DNA of 25,903 nucleotides from a virus: UHGV virus genome UHGV-0320751; one strand, 5' to 3'. Shown piece by piece: positions 17,396 to 25,903 of this stretch (position 1 is its first letter; each line of letters starts with the position of its first letter). The notes under the pieces were generated by a model. It saw only the letters and a program-made list of their open reading frames with translations, ran no database searches and was not told where the DNA came from. The position numbers and the translations under genes were made by a program.

Positions 17396-17743
17396 ATGGT
17401 GACGAAAACCATCACTGAACAGCGTGCGGAAGTACGTATTTTTGCCGGTAATGATCCGGCTCATACCGCCACAGGCAGCAGCGGGATTTCCTCGCCAACA
17501 CCGGCACTGACGCCCCTGATGCTGGATGAAGCCACCGGGAAACTGGTGGTCTGGGACGGACAGAAAGCCGGTAGTGCGGTTGGCATACTGGTACTGCCGC
17601 TTGAAGGCACAGAGACGGCGCTGACGTATTACAAGTCGGGAACCTTTGCGACGGAGGCAATCCACTGGCCTGAAAGTGTGGATGAACACAAAAAGGCCAA
17701 CGCCTTTGCTGGCAGTGCCCTGAGTCACGCGGCGCTGCCGTAA
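17396..17743 (+). CDS. D: head decoration protein D
   Basis: 115 aa; DPAHTATGSSGI...TPLMLDEATGKLVVWDG...YYKSGTF aligns to recalled lambda gpD. GGAGG Shine-Dalgarno. Confidence 0.9.
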   Translation: MVTKTITEQRAEVRIFAGNDPAHTATGSSGISSPTPALTPLMLDEATGKLVVWDGQKAGSAVGILVLPLEGTETALTYYKSGTFATEAIHWPESVDEHKKANAFAGSALSHAALP

Positions 17744-17751
17744 CACGTTAT

Positions 17752-17771
17752 CAGGCCACCGCGGTGGCCTG
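17752..17771. repeat. perfect 20-nt palindrome CAGGCCACCGCGGTGGCCTG between D and E
   Basis: Seen directly in the D-E intergenic region; it could form a stable RNA hairpin or be a protein site. Confidence 0.6.
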
Positions 17772-17800
17772 ACTGATTTCTGAATGAAAGGAACTGATTT

Positions 17801-18829
17801 ATGGGATTGTTTACGACCCGCCAGTTACTCGGTTATACCGAACAAAAAGTTAAATTTCGTGCGCTGTTTCTGGAGCTGTTTTTCCGCCGTACGGTGAATT
17901 TCCATACCGAAGAGGTGATGCTGGACAAAATTACCGGAAAAACGCCGGTGGCGGCCTATGTCTCCCCGGTTGTTGAAGGAAAAGTGCTGCGTCATCGTGG
18001 TGGTGAAACCCGCGTGTTGCGTCCGGGCTACGTCAAGCCGAAACACGAATTTAATTACCAGCAGGCGGTTGAGCGCCTTCCTGGTGAAGATCCATCTCAA
18101 CTGAATGATCCGGCTTACCGCCGTCTGCGTATCATTACCGATAACCTCAAACAGGAAGAGCACGCGATTGTCCAGGTGGAAGAAATGCAGGCGGTAAATG
18201 CTGTGTTGTATGGCAAATACACCATGGAAGGAGACCAGTTCGAGAAAATTGAGGTCGATTTTGGCAGGTCGACGAAGAATAACATCACTCAGGGTAGTGG
18301 TAAGGAGTGGTCAAAACAGGATCGTGACACGTTCGATCCTACACATGATATTGACCTCTACTGCGACCTGGCCAGCGGTCTTGTGAATATTGCCATTATG
18401 GACGGTACCGTCTGGCGTCTTCTGAATGGTTTTAAGCTGTTCCGCGAAAAACTGGATACCCGTCGCGGTTCAAATTCTCAACTCGAAACGGCAGTGAAAG
18501 ATCTGGGCGCAGTGGTGTCCTTCAAGGGGTATTACGGCGATCTGGCCATTGTGGTGGCGAAAACGTCTTATATAGCAGAAGACGGTACCGAAAAACGTTA
18601 TCTTCCAGATGGCATGCTGGTTCTGGGGAATACTGCTGCAGATGGGATCCGTTGTTACGGTGCCATTCAGGATGCTCAGGCGTTGTCCGAAGGTGTGGTG
18701 GCCTCTTCCCGTTATCCGAAACACTGGCTGACGGTAGGGGATCCCGCCCGTGAATTTACCATGACGCAGTCCGCGCCGCTGATGGTGTTGCCGGACCCGG
18801 ATGAGTTTGTGGTGGTACAGGTGAAATAA
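17801..18829 (+). CDS. E: major capsid protein E
   Basis: 342 aa; conserved blocks ITQGSGKEWSKQDRDTFDPT, DTRRGSNSQLETAVKDLG, GDPAREFTMTQSAPLMVLPDPDEFVVVQ match lambda E. Confidence 0.95.
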   Translation: MGLFTTRQLLGYTEQKVKFRALFLELFFRRTVNFHTEEVMLDKITGKTPVAAYVSPVVEGKVLRHRGGETRVLRPGYVKPKHEFNYQQAVERLPGEDPSQLNDPAYRRLRIITDNLKQEEHAIVQVEEMQAVNAVLYGKYTMEGDQFEKIEVDFGRSTKNNITQGSGKEWSKQDRDTFDPTHDIDLYCDLASGLVNIAIMDGTVWRLLNGFKLFREKLDTRRGSNSQLETAVKDLGAVVSFKGYYGDLAIVVAKTSYIAEDGTEKRYLPDGMLVLGNTAADGIRCYGAIQDAQALSEGVVASSRYPKHWLTVGDPAREFTMTQSAPLMVLPDPDEFVVVQVK

Positions 18830-18837
18830 TCCGTGAG

Positions 18838-18866
18838 CGGGGGCGAAATGCCCCCGTGTCTTTTTT
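18838..18866 (+). terminator. intrinsic-terminator-like hairpin plus T-run after the capsid gene
   Basis: CGGGGGC-gaaat-GCCCCCG stem-loop (18838-18856) followed by TTTTTT (18861-18866); likely a partial terminator or attenuator before FI. Confidence 0.5.
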
Positions 18867-18880
18867 CACAGGGGGCTGAT

Positions 18881-19255
18881 ATGGCAACGAAAGAGCAAAA
18901 TCTGAAACGGCTTGATGAACTGGCCCTGATTCTGGGGCGTGAGCCGGATATATCCGGGAGTGCCGCAGAGATAGCGCAGCGGGTGGCAGAATGGGAAGAG
19001 GAAATGCAGTCATCCGGCGATGATGTACAGGTTATGAATATGGATATCCGGGAGCGGGAAACCGCGGCTCATGATGTTCGTGAGGAAACATCCGGCGCGT
19101 TAACGCGCATCAGAGTTCTGACCTGCCTCCATCTCTGTGGCGTTGATGGTGAAACGGGGGAATCCGTTGAGCTTGCGGATGTTGGTCGGGTGATTCTGAT
19201 TATGTCCTCAGATGCAAAAACACACGTTGATGGTGGAATGGCTGTTTATGCGTGA
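18881..19255 (+). CDS. FI: DNA-packaging protein FI-like
   Basis: Sits between E and FII as in lambda. ATG at 18881 with a GGGGG Shine-Dalgarno. The track ORF start at 18833 is GTG, lies inside the terminator hairpin and is rejected. Sequence is diverged from recalled lambda FI. Confidence 0.65.
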   Translation: MATKEQNLKRLDELALILGREPDISGSAAEIAQRVAEWEEEMQSSGDDVQVMNMDIRERETAAHDVREETSGALTRIRVLTCLHLCGVDGETGESVELADVGRVILIMSSDAKTHVDGGMAVYA

Positions 19256-19601
19256 TTTTCAGAATGCCTTTGATGCCGCCCTTGCCGGGGTGGACAGTAC
19301 GATTGTTGAAGTGATGGGCATCAGTGCGCAGTTCACCTCCGGTGCACAGCGTGGCGGCGAGGTTCATGGCGTTTTTGACGATCCGGAGTCGCTGGGTTTT
19401 GCCAGTAGTGGGATCCGTATTGAAGGAAGTAACCCGTCATTATTTGTGCTTACGGATACGGTTTGTGCTGTACGGCGTGGTGACACGCTGACCATTAACG
19501 GCGAGATGTTCTGGGTGGACCGTGTTTCTCCGGATGACGGAGGGAGTTGTTATCTCTGGCTCAACCGGGGGCAACCACCTGCCGCCAGCCGTCGCCGCTG
19601 A
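19248..19601 (+). CDS. FII: head-tail connector protein FII
   Basis: The C-terminal half (GVFDDPES...SNPSLFV...RRGDTLTI...FWVDRVSPDDGGSCYLWLNRGQPPAASRRR) is near-identical to recalled lambda FII; the N-terminus is diverged. Confidence 0.85.
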   Translation: MRDFQNAFDAALAGVDSTIVEVMGISAQFTSGAQRGGEVHGVFDDPESLGFASSGIRIEGSNPSLFVLTDTVCAVRRGDTLTINGEMFWVDRVSPDDGGSCYLWLNRGQPPAASRRR

Positions 19602-19612
19602 AAGGGGGATGT

Positions 19613-20191
19613 ATGGCCATAAAAGGTCTTGAGCAGGCCGTTGAAAACCTCAGCCGTATCAGCAAAACGGCAGTGCCTGGTGCCGCCGCAATGGCCATTA
19701 ACCGCGTTGCTTCATCCGCGATATCGCAGTCGGCGTCACTGGTTGCCCGTGAGACAAAGGTACGCCGGAAACTGGTAAAGGAAAGGGCCAGGCTGAAAAG
19801 GGCCACGGTCAAAAATCCGCAGGCCAGAATCAAAGTTAACCGGGGGGATTTGCCCGTAATCAGGCTGGGTAACGCGCGGGTTGTCCTGTCCCGACGCAGG
19901 CGTCGTAAAAAGGGGCAGCGTTCATCCCTGAAAGGTGGCGGCAGCGTGCTTGTGGTGGGAAACCGTCGTATTCCCGGCGCGTTTATTCAGCAACTGAAAA
20001 ATGGCCGGTGGCATGTCATGCAGCGTGTGGCCGGGAAAAACCGTTACCCCATTGATGTGGTGAAAATCCCGATGGCGGTGCCGCTGACCACGGCGTTTAA
20101 ACAGAATATTGAGCGGATACGGCGTGAGCGTCTTCCGAAAGAGCTGGGCTATGCGCTGCAGCATCAACTGAGAATGGTAATAAAGCGATGA
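19613..20191 (+). CDS. Z: minor tail protein Z
   Basis: MAIKGLEQAVENLSRISKTAVPGAAAMAINRVASSAISQ... is essentially identical to recalled lambda Z. Confidence 0.9.
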   Translation: MAIKGLEQAVENLSRISKTAVPGAAAMAINRVASSAISQSASLVARETKVRRKLVKERARLKRATVKNPQARIKVNRGDLPVIRLGNARVVLSRRRRRKKGQRSSLKGGGSVLVVGNRRIPGAFIQQLKNGRWHVMQRVAGKNRYPIDVVKIPMAVPLTTAFKQNIERIRRERLPKELGYALQHQLRMVIKR

Positions 20192-20583
20192 AACATACTG
20201 AACTCCGTGCAGCCGTACTGGATGCACTGGAGAAGCATGACACCGGGGCGACGCTTTTTGATGGTCGCCCTGCTGTTTTTGATGAGGAAGATTTTCCGGC
20301 AATTGCCGTTTATCTCACCGGCGCTGAATACACGGGCGAAGAGCTGGACAGCGATACCTGGCAGGCGGAGCTGCATATTGAAGTTTTCCTGCCTGCTCAG
20401 GTGCCGGATTCAGAGCTGGATTCGTGGATGGAGTCCCGGATTTATCCGGTGATGAGCGATATCCCGGCACTGTCAGATTTGATCACCAGTATGGTGGCCA
20501 GTGGCTATGACTACCGGCGCGACGATGATGCGGGCCTGTGGAGTTCAGCCGATCTGACTTATGTCATTACCTATGAAATGTGA
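20188..20583 (+). CDS. U: tail terminator protein U
   Basis: 131 aa matching recalled lambda U; ATGA overlap with the Z stop. Confidence 0.9.
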   Translation: MKHTELRAAVLDALEKHDTGATLFDGRPAVFDEEDFPAIAVYLTGAEYTGEELDSDTWQAELHIEVFLPAQVPDSELDSWMESRIYPVMSDIPALSDLITSMVASGYDYRRDDDAGLWSSADLTYVITYEM

Positions 20584-20590
20584 GGACGAT

Positions 20591-21331
20591 ATGCCAACAC
20601 CAAATCCTCTGGCACCGGTGAAAGGGGCCGGGACCACACTGTGGGTTTATAACGGGAGCGGCGACCCTTATGCAAACCCGCTTTCAGACAATGACTGGTC
20701 GCGTCTGGCAAAAATTAAAGACCTGACGCCCGGCGAACTGACCGCTGAGTCCTATGACGACAGTTATCTCGATGATGAAGATGCGGACTGGACCGCGACC
20801 GGGCAGGGGCAGAAATCCGCCGGAGATACCAGCTTCACGCTGGCGTGGATGCCCGGAGAGCAGGGGCAGCAGGCGCTGCTGGCGTGGTTTAATGAAGGTG
20901 ATACCCGTGCCTATAAAATCCGCTTCCCGAACGGCACGGTCGATGTGTTCCGTGGCTGGGTCAGCAGTATCGGTAAGGCGGTGACGGCGAAGGAAGTGAT
21001 CACCCGTACGGTGAAGGTCACCAATGTGGGCCGTCCGTCAATGGCAGAAGATCGCAGTACGGTGACGGCGGCAACCGGTATGACCGTGACGCCTGCCAGC
21101 TCCTCGGTGGTGAAAGGGCAGAGCACCACGCTGACCGTGGCCTTCCAGCCGGAGGGCGCAACTGACAAGAGCTTCCGTGCGGTGTCAGCGGATAAAACAA
21201 AAGCCACCGTGTCGGTCAGTGGTATGACCATCACCGTGAACGGCGTTGCTGCAGGCAAGGTCAACATTCCGGTTGTATCCGGTAATGGTGAACTTGCTGC
21301 GGTTGCAGAAATCACTGTCACCGACAGTTAA
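20591..21331 (+). CDS. V: major tail tube protein V (with C-terminal Ig-like domain)
   Basis: [20 protein letters not shown]... matches recalled lambda V. Confidence 0.9.
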   Translation: MPTPNPLAPVKGAGTTLWVYNGSGDPYANPLSDNDWSRLAKIKDLTPGELTAESYDDSYLDDEDADWTATGQGQKSAGDTSFTLAWMPGEQGQQALLAWFNEGDTRAYKIRFPNGTVDVFRGWVSSIGKAVTAKEVITRTVKVTNVGRPSMAEDRSTVTAATGMTVTPASSSVVKGQSTTLTVAFQPEGATDKSFRAVSADKTKATVSVSGMTITVNGVAAGKVNIPVVSGNGELAAVAEITVTDS

Positions 21332-21346
21332 TCCGGAGAGTCAGCG

Positions 21347-21769
21347 ATGTTCCTGAAAACCGAATCATTTGAACATAACGGCGTGACCGTCACGCTTTCT
21401 GAACTGTCAGCCCTGCAGCGTATTGAGCATCTCGCCCTGATGAAACAGCAGGCAGAACAGGCGGAGTCAGACAGCAACCGGCAGGTTACTGTGGAAGACG
21501 CCATCAGAACCGGTGCTTTTGTGGTGGCGATGTCCCTGTGGCATAACCATCCGCAGAAGACAAAGCAGCCTTCCATGAATGAAGCCGTTAAACAGATTGA
21601 GCAGGAAGTGCTTACCACCTGGCCCGCGGAGGCAATTTCTCATGCTGAAAACGTGGTGTACCGGCTGTCCGGTATGTATGGGTTTGTGGTGAATGATGCC
21701 CCTGACCAGGCAGAGGACTCCGGGCCTGCAGAGCCTGTTTCTGCGGGAAAGTGTTCGACGGTGAGCTGA
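21347..21769 (+). CDS. G: tail assembly chaperone G
   Basis: MFLKTESFEHNGVTVTLSELSALQRIEHLALMK... matches recalled lambda G. Confidence 0.9.
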   Translation: MFLKTESFEHNGVTVTLSELSALQRIEHLALMKQQAEQAESDSNRQVTVEDAIRTGAFVVAMSLWHNHPQKTKQPSMNEAVKQIEQEVLTTWPAEAISHAENVVYRLSGMYGFVVNDAPDQAEDSGPAEPVSAGKCSTVS

Positions 21770-22185
21770 GTTTTGCCCTGAAACTGGCGCGAGAGATGGG
21801 GCGACCTGACTGGCGCGCCATGCTTGCCGGGATGTCATCCACGGAGTATGCCGACTGGCACCGCTTTTACAGTACCCATTATTTTCATGATGTTCTGCTG
21901 GATATGCACTTTTCCGGGCTGACGTACACTGTGCTCAGCCTGTTTTTCAGCGATCCGGATATGCATCCGCTGGATTTCAGTTTGCTGAACCGGCGTGAGG
22001 ATGACGAAGAGCCTGAAGATGATGTGCTGATGCAGAAAGCGGCAGGGCTTACCGGAGGCGTCCGCTTTGACCCGGACGGAAATGAAGTTATCCCCGCTTC
22101 CCCGGATATGGCGGGCATGACGGAGGATGACGTAATGCTGATGACAGTATCAGAAGGGATCGCAGGAGGAGTCCGGTATGGCTGA
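21347..22185 (+). CDS. T: tail assembly chaperone G-T fusion made by a programmed -1 ribosomal frameshift
   Basis: Slippery heptamer G GGA AAG at 21745-21751 near the end of G. The -1 frame continues open to 22185 (VFDGELSFALKLAREMG...), which is the T reading frame. Confidence 0.75.
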
Positions 22186-24739
22186 ACCGGTAGGCGATCT
22201 GGTCGTTGATTTAAGTCTGGATGCGGCCAGATTTGACGAGCAGATGGCCAGAGTCAGGCGTCATTTTTCCGGTACGGAAAGTGATGCGAAAAAAACAGCG
22301 GCAGTCGTTGAACAGTCGCTGAGCCGACAGGCGCTGGCTGCACAGAAAGCGGGGATTTCCGTCGGGCAGTATAAAGCCGCCATGCGTATGCTGCCTGCAC
22401 AGTTCACCGACGTGGCCACGCAGCTTGCAGGCGGGCAAAGCCCGTGGCTGATCCTGCTGCAACAGGGTGGTCAGGTTAAGGACTCCTTCGGCGGGATGAT
22501 CCCCATGTTCCGGGGGCTTGCCGGTGCGATCACCCTGCCGATGGTCGGGGCCACCTCGCTGGCGGTGGCGACCGGTGCGCTGGCGTATGCCTGGTATCAG
22601 GGTAACTCAACCCTGTCCGATTTCAACAAAACGCTGGTCCTTTCCGGCAATCAGTCGGGTCTGACGGCAGATCGTATGCTGGTCCTGTCCAGAGCCGGGC
22701 AGGCGGCAGGGCTGACGTTTAACCAGACCAGCGAGTCACTCAGCGCACTGGTTAAGGCGGGAGTAAGCGGTGAGGCTCAGATTGCATCCATCAGCCAGAG
22801 TGTGGCGCGTTTCTCCTCTGCATCCGGCGTGGAGGTGGACAAGGTCGCTGAAGCCTTCGGGAAGCTGACCACTGACCCGACGTCGGGGCTGACGGCGATG
22901 GCGCGCCAGTTCCATAACGTAACGGCGGAGCAGATTGCGTATGTTGCTCAGTTGCAGCGTTCCGGCGATGAATCCGGGGCATTGCAGGCGGCGAACGAGG
23001 CCGCAACGAAAGGGTTTGATGACCAGACCCGACGCCTGAAAGAGAACATGGGCACGCTGGAAACCTGGGCAGACAGGACAGCACGGGCATTCAAATCCAT
23101 GTGGGATGCGGTGCTGGATATTGGTCGTCCTGATACCGCTCAGGAGATGCTGATTAAGGCAGAGGCTGCGTTTAAGAAAGCGGACGACATCTGGAATCTG
23201 CGCAAGGATGATTATTTTGTTAACGATGAAGCGCGGGCGCGTTACTGGGATGATCGTGAAAAGGCCCGTCTTGCGCTTGAAGCCGCCCGAAAGAAGGCTG
23301 AACAGCAGAGTCAACAGGACAAAAATGCGCAGCAGCAGAGCGATACCGAAGCATCACGGCTGAAATATACCGAAGAGGCGCAGAAGGCTTACGAACGGCT
23401 GCAGACACCGCTGGAGAAATATACCGCCCGTCAGGAAGAACTGAACAAGGCACTGAAAGACGGGAAAATCCTGCAGGCAGATTACAACACGCTGATGGCG
23501 GCGGCGAAAAAGGATTATGAAGCGACGCTGAAAAAGCCGAAACAGTCCGGCGTGAAGGTGTCTGCGGGCGATCGTCAGGAAGACAGTGCTCATGCTGCCC
23601 TGCTGACGCTTCAGGCTGAACTCCGGACGCTGGAGAAGCATGCCGGAGCAAATGAGAAAATCAGCCAGCAGCGCCGGGATTTGTGGAAGGCGGAGAGTCA
23701 GTTCGCGGTACTGGAGGAGGCGGCGCAACGTCGCCAGCTGTCTGCACAGGAGAAATCCCTGCTGGCGCATAAAGATGAGACGCTGGAGTACAAACGCCAG
23801 CTGGCTGCACTTGGCGACAAGGTTACGTATCAGGAGCGCCTGAACGCGCTGGCGCAGCAGGCGGATAAATTCGCACAGCAGCAACGGGCAAAACGGGCCG
23901 CTATTGATGCGAAAAGCCGGGGGCTGACTGACCGGCAGGCAGAACGGGAAGCCACGGAACAGCGCCTGAAGGAACAGTATGGCGATAATCCTCTGGCGCT
24001 GAATAACGTCATGTCAGAGCAGAAAAAGACCTGGGCGGCTGAAGACCTGCTTCGCGGGAACTGGATGGCAGGCCTGAAGTCCGGCTGGAGTGAGTGGGAA
24101 GAGAGCGCCACGGACAGTATGTCGCAGGTAAAAAGTGCAGCCACGCAGACCTTTGATGGTATTGCACAGAATATGGCGGCGATGCTGACCGGCAGTGAAC
24201 AGAACTGGCGCAGCTTCACCCGTTCCGTGCTGTCCATGATGACAGAAATTCTGCTTAAGCAGGCAATGGTGGGGATTGTCGGGAGTATCGGCAGCGCTAT
24301 TGGCGGGGCTGTTGGTGGCGGCGCATCCGCGTCAGGCGGTACAGCCATTCAGGCCGCTGCGGCGAAACTCCATTTTGCAACCGGAGGATTTACGGGAACC
24401 GGCGGCAAATATGAGCCAGCGGGGGTTGTTCACCGTGGTGAATTTGTCTTCACGAAGGAGGCAACCAGCCGGATTGGCGTGGGAAATCTCTACCGGCTGA
24501 TGCGCGGCTATGCCACCGGCGGTTATGTCGGTGGCACCGGAAGTCCGGCGCAAATGCGGCGTTCAGAGGGTATCAGGTTTGAGCAGAACAACAACGTGGT
24601 GATTCAGAACGACGGTACGAATGGTCTGCCAGGTCCACAGATGATGAAGGCGGTGTATGACATGGCCCGCAAGGGTGCCCGTGATGAAATCCAGGCACAG
24701 ATGCGCGATGGTGGTCTGTTCTCCGGAGGTGGACGATGA
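22178..24739 (+). CDS. H: tail tape-measure protein H
   Basis: 853 aa, the same length and sequence character as lambda H; AGGAGGA Shine-Dalgarno before ATG 22178. Confidence 0.95.
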   Translation: MAEPVGDLVVDLSLDAARFDEQMARVRRHFSGTESDAKKTAAVVEQSLSRQALAAQKAGISVGQYKAAMRMLPAQFTDVATQLAGGQSPWLILLQQGGQVKDSFGGMIPMFRGLAGAITLPMVGATSLAVATGALAYAWYQGNSTLSDFNKTLVLSGNQSGLTADRMLVLSRAGQAAGLTFNQTSESLSALVKAGVSGEAQIASISQSVARFSSASGVEVDKVAEAFGKLTTDPTSGLTAMARQFHNVTAEQIAYVAQLQRSGDESGALQAANEAATKGFDDQTRRLKENMGTLETWADRTARAFKSMWDAVLDIGRPDTAQEMLIKAEAAFKKADDIWNLRKDDYFVNDEARARYWDDREKARLALEAARKKAEQQSQQDKNAQQQSDTEASRLKYTEEAQKAYERLQTPLEKYTARQEELNKALKDGKILQADYNTLMAAAKKDYEATLKKPKQSGVKVSAGDRQEDSAHAALLTLQAELRTLEKHAGANEKISQQRRDLWKAESQFAVLEEAAQRRQLSAQEKSLLAHKDETLEYKRQLAALGDKVTYQERLNALAQQADKFAQQQRAKRAAIDAKSRGLTDRQAEREATEQRLKEQYGDNPLALNNVMSEQKKTWAAEDLLRGNWMAGLKSGWSEWEESATDSMSQVKSAATQTFDGIAQNMAAMLTGSEQNWRSFTRSVLSMMTEILLKQAMVGIVGSIGSAIGGAVGGGASASGGTAIQAAAAKLHFATGGFTGTGGKYEPAGVVHRGEFVFTKEATSRIGVGNLYRLMRGYATGGYVGGTGSPAQMRRSEGIRFEQNNNVVIQNDGTNGLPGPQMMKAVYDMARKGARDEIQAQMRDGGLFSGGGR

Positions 24740-25065
24740 AAACCTTCCGCTGGAAAGTGAAACCCGGGATGGATGTGACATCGGCTCCTTCCGTCAGGGA
24801 GGTGCGCTTTGGTGATGGCTATTCCCAGCGTGCGCCTGCCGGGCTGAACGCTGACCTGAAAACGTACAGCGTGACGCTGTCTGTCTCCCGTGAGGAGGCC
24901 ACGGCGCTGGAGTCGTTTCTGGCTGAGCACGGGGGCTGGAAGGCCTTTCTGTGGACGCCGCCTTATGGTTACAGGCAGATAAAGGTGACCTGCGCAAAAT
25001 GGTCGTCGCGGGTCAGTATGCTGCGTGTTGAGTTCAGCGCAGAGTTTGAACAGGTGGTGAACTGA
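24736..25065 (+). CDS. M: minor tail protein M
   Basis: 109 aa matching recalled lambda M; ATGA overlap with the H stop. Confidence 0.9.
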   Translation: MKTFRWKVKPGMDVTSAPSVREVRFGDGYSQRAPAGLNADLKTYSVTLSVSREEATALESFLAEHGGWKAFLWTPPYGYRQIKVTCAKWSSRVSMLRVEFSAEFEQVVN

Positions 25066-25763
25066 TGCAGGATATCCGGCAGGAAACATTGAATGAATGC
25101 ACCCGTGCGGAGCAGTCGGCCAGCGTGGTGCTCTGGGAAATCGATCTGACAGAGGTCGGTGGAGAACGTTATTTTTTCTGTAATGAGCAGAACGAAAAAG
25201 GTGAGCCGGTCACCTGGCAGGGGCGACAGTATCAGCCGTATCCCATTCAGGGGAGTAGTTTTGAACTGAATGGCAAAGGCACCAGTACGCGCCCCACGCT
25301 GACGGTTTCTAACCTGTACGGTATGGTCACCGGGATGGTGGAAGATCTGCAGAGTCTGGTCGGCGGAACGGTGGTCAGGCGTAAGGTTTACGCCCGTTTT
25401 CTGGATGCGGTGAACTTCGTCAACGGAAACAGCGACGCCGATCCGGAGCAGGAGGTGATCAGCCGCTGGCGCATCGAGCAGTGCAGCGAACTGAGTGCGG
25501 TCAGTGCCTCCTTTGTACTGTCCACACCGACGGAAACGGATGGTGCCGTTTTTCCGGGGCGCATCATGCTGGCTAATACCTGCACCTGGACCTATCGCGG
25601 TGATGAGTGCGGTTATCACGGTCCGGCGGTCGCGGATGAATATGATCAGCCGACTTCCGATATCACGAAGGATAAATGCAGCAAATGCCTGAGCGGCTGT
25701 AAGTTTCGCAATAACGTCGGCAACTTTGGCGGCTTCCTTTCCATTAACAAACTTTCGCAGTAA
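25065..25763 (+). CDS. L: minor tail protein L
   Basis: 232 aa matching recalled lambda L (C-terminal Cys cluster CSKCLSGC). Confidence 0.9.
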   Translation: MQDIRQETLNECTRAEQSASVVLWEIDLTEVGGERYFFCNEQNEKGEPVTWQGRQYQPYPIQGSSFELNGKGTSTRPTLTVSNLYGMVTGMVEDLQSLVGGTVVRRKVYARFLDAVNFVNGNSDADPEQEVISRWRIEQCSELSAVSASFVLSTPTETDGAVFPGRIMLANTCTWTYRGDECGYHGPAVADEYDQPTSDITKDKCSKCLSGCKFRNNVGNFGGFLSINKLSQ

Positions 25764-25768
25764 ATCCC

Positions 25769-25903
25769 ATGACAGAGACAGAATCAGCGATTCTGGCGCA
25801 TGCCCGGCGATGTGCGCCAGCGGAGTCGTGCGGCTTCGTGGTGAGAGCGCCGGAGGGGGAAAGATATTTTCCCTGCGTGAATATCTCCGGTGAGCCGGAG
25901 GCG
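25769..25903 (+). CDS. K: tail assembly protein K, N-terminal fragment (3' end outside the window)
   Basis: ATG at 25769; MTETESAILAHARRCAPAESCGFVVRAPEGERYFPCVNISGEPEA matches the start of recalled lambda K. The ORF runs off the window end. Confidence 0.8.
   Translation, partial: MTETESAILAHARRCAPAESCGFVVRAPEGERYFPCVNISGEPEA

Noticed and set aside
18833-18880. Upstream GTG start for the FI-like gene (track ORF 18833..19255)
   Set aside because: The extension lies inside the terminator-like hairpin and lacks a ribosome-binding site; the ATG at 18881 with a GGGGG Shine-Dalgarno is preferred.
1-25903. Searched for CRISPR arrays, tRNA or tmRNA genes, integrase or att sites, IS elements, and toxin cargo between Q and S
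   Set aside because: None seen: no regularly spaced direct repeats with spacers, no tRNA-like cloverleaf candidates, and no transposase-like ORFs. The only repeats are the ori iterons and the protein-coding scaffold repeats.

Overview
The window is one continuous stretch of a lambdoid (phage lambda-like) prophage of an enterobacterial host, almost entirely on the + strand. In order it carries: the 3' end of a cII-like gene with an antisense oop-like RNA; a replication module (O-like initiator with embedded iterons, then a phage DnaB-family helicase); a nin-type region with NinB, NinE, a C5-cytosine methyltransferase, NinF, a Roi/Bro-N-like protein, DUF1364, RusA and NinH; antiterminator Q with pR'/6S RNA/tR'; the S-R-Rz/Rz1 lysis cassette; bor on the - strand; a moron region with a TonB-C-like lipoprotein and two small convergent - strand ORFs; cos; head genes Nu1-A-W-B-C/Nu3-D-E-FI-FII; and tail genes Z-U-V-G/GT-H-M-L-K (K truncated at the window end). 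Calls rest on reading the translations and on recalled lambda protein sequences; no database search was run. The phage looks mosaic: Q, lysis, bor and Z-to-K appear near-identical to lambda, the head genes are clearly diverged, and the replication module is not lambda O/P. I did not find a clearly new multi-gene system. The best candidates for undescribed biology are the bor-to-cos moron region (structured non-coding DNA, the TonB-like lipoprotein, a small secreted Cys-rich ORF) and the small-ORF cluster downstream of the helicase. No tRNA, CRISPR array, integrase, att site or toxin cargo between Q and S was seen.
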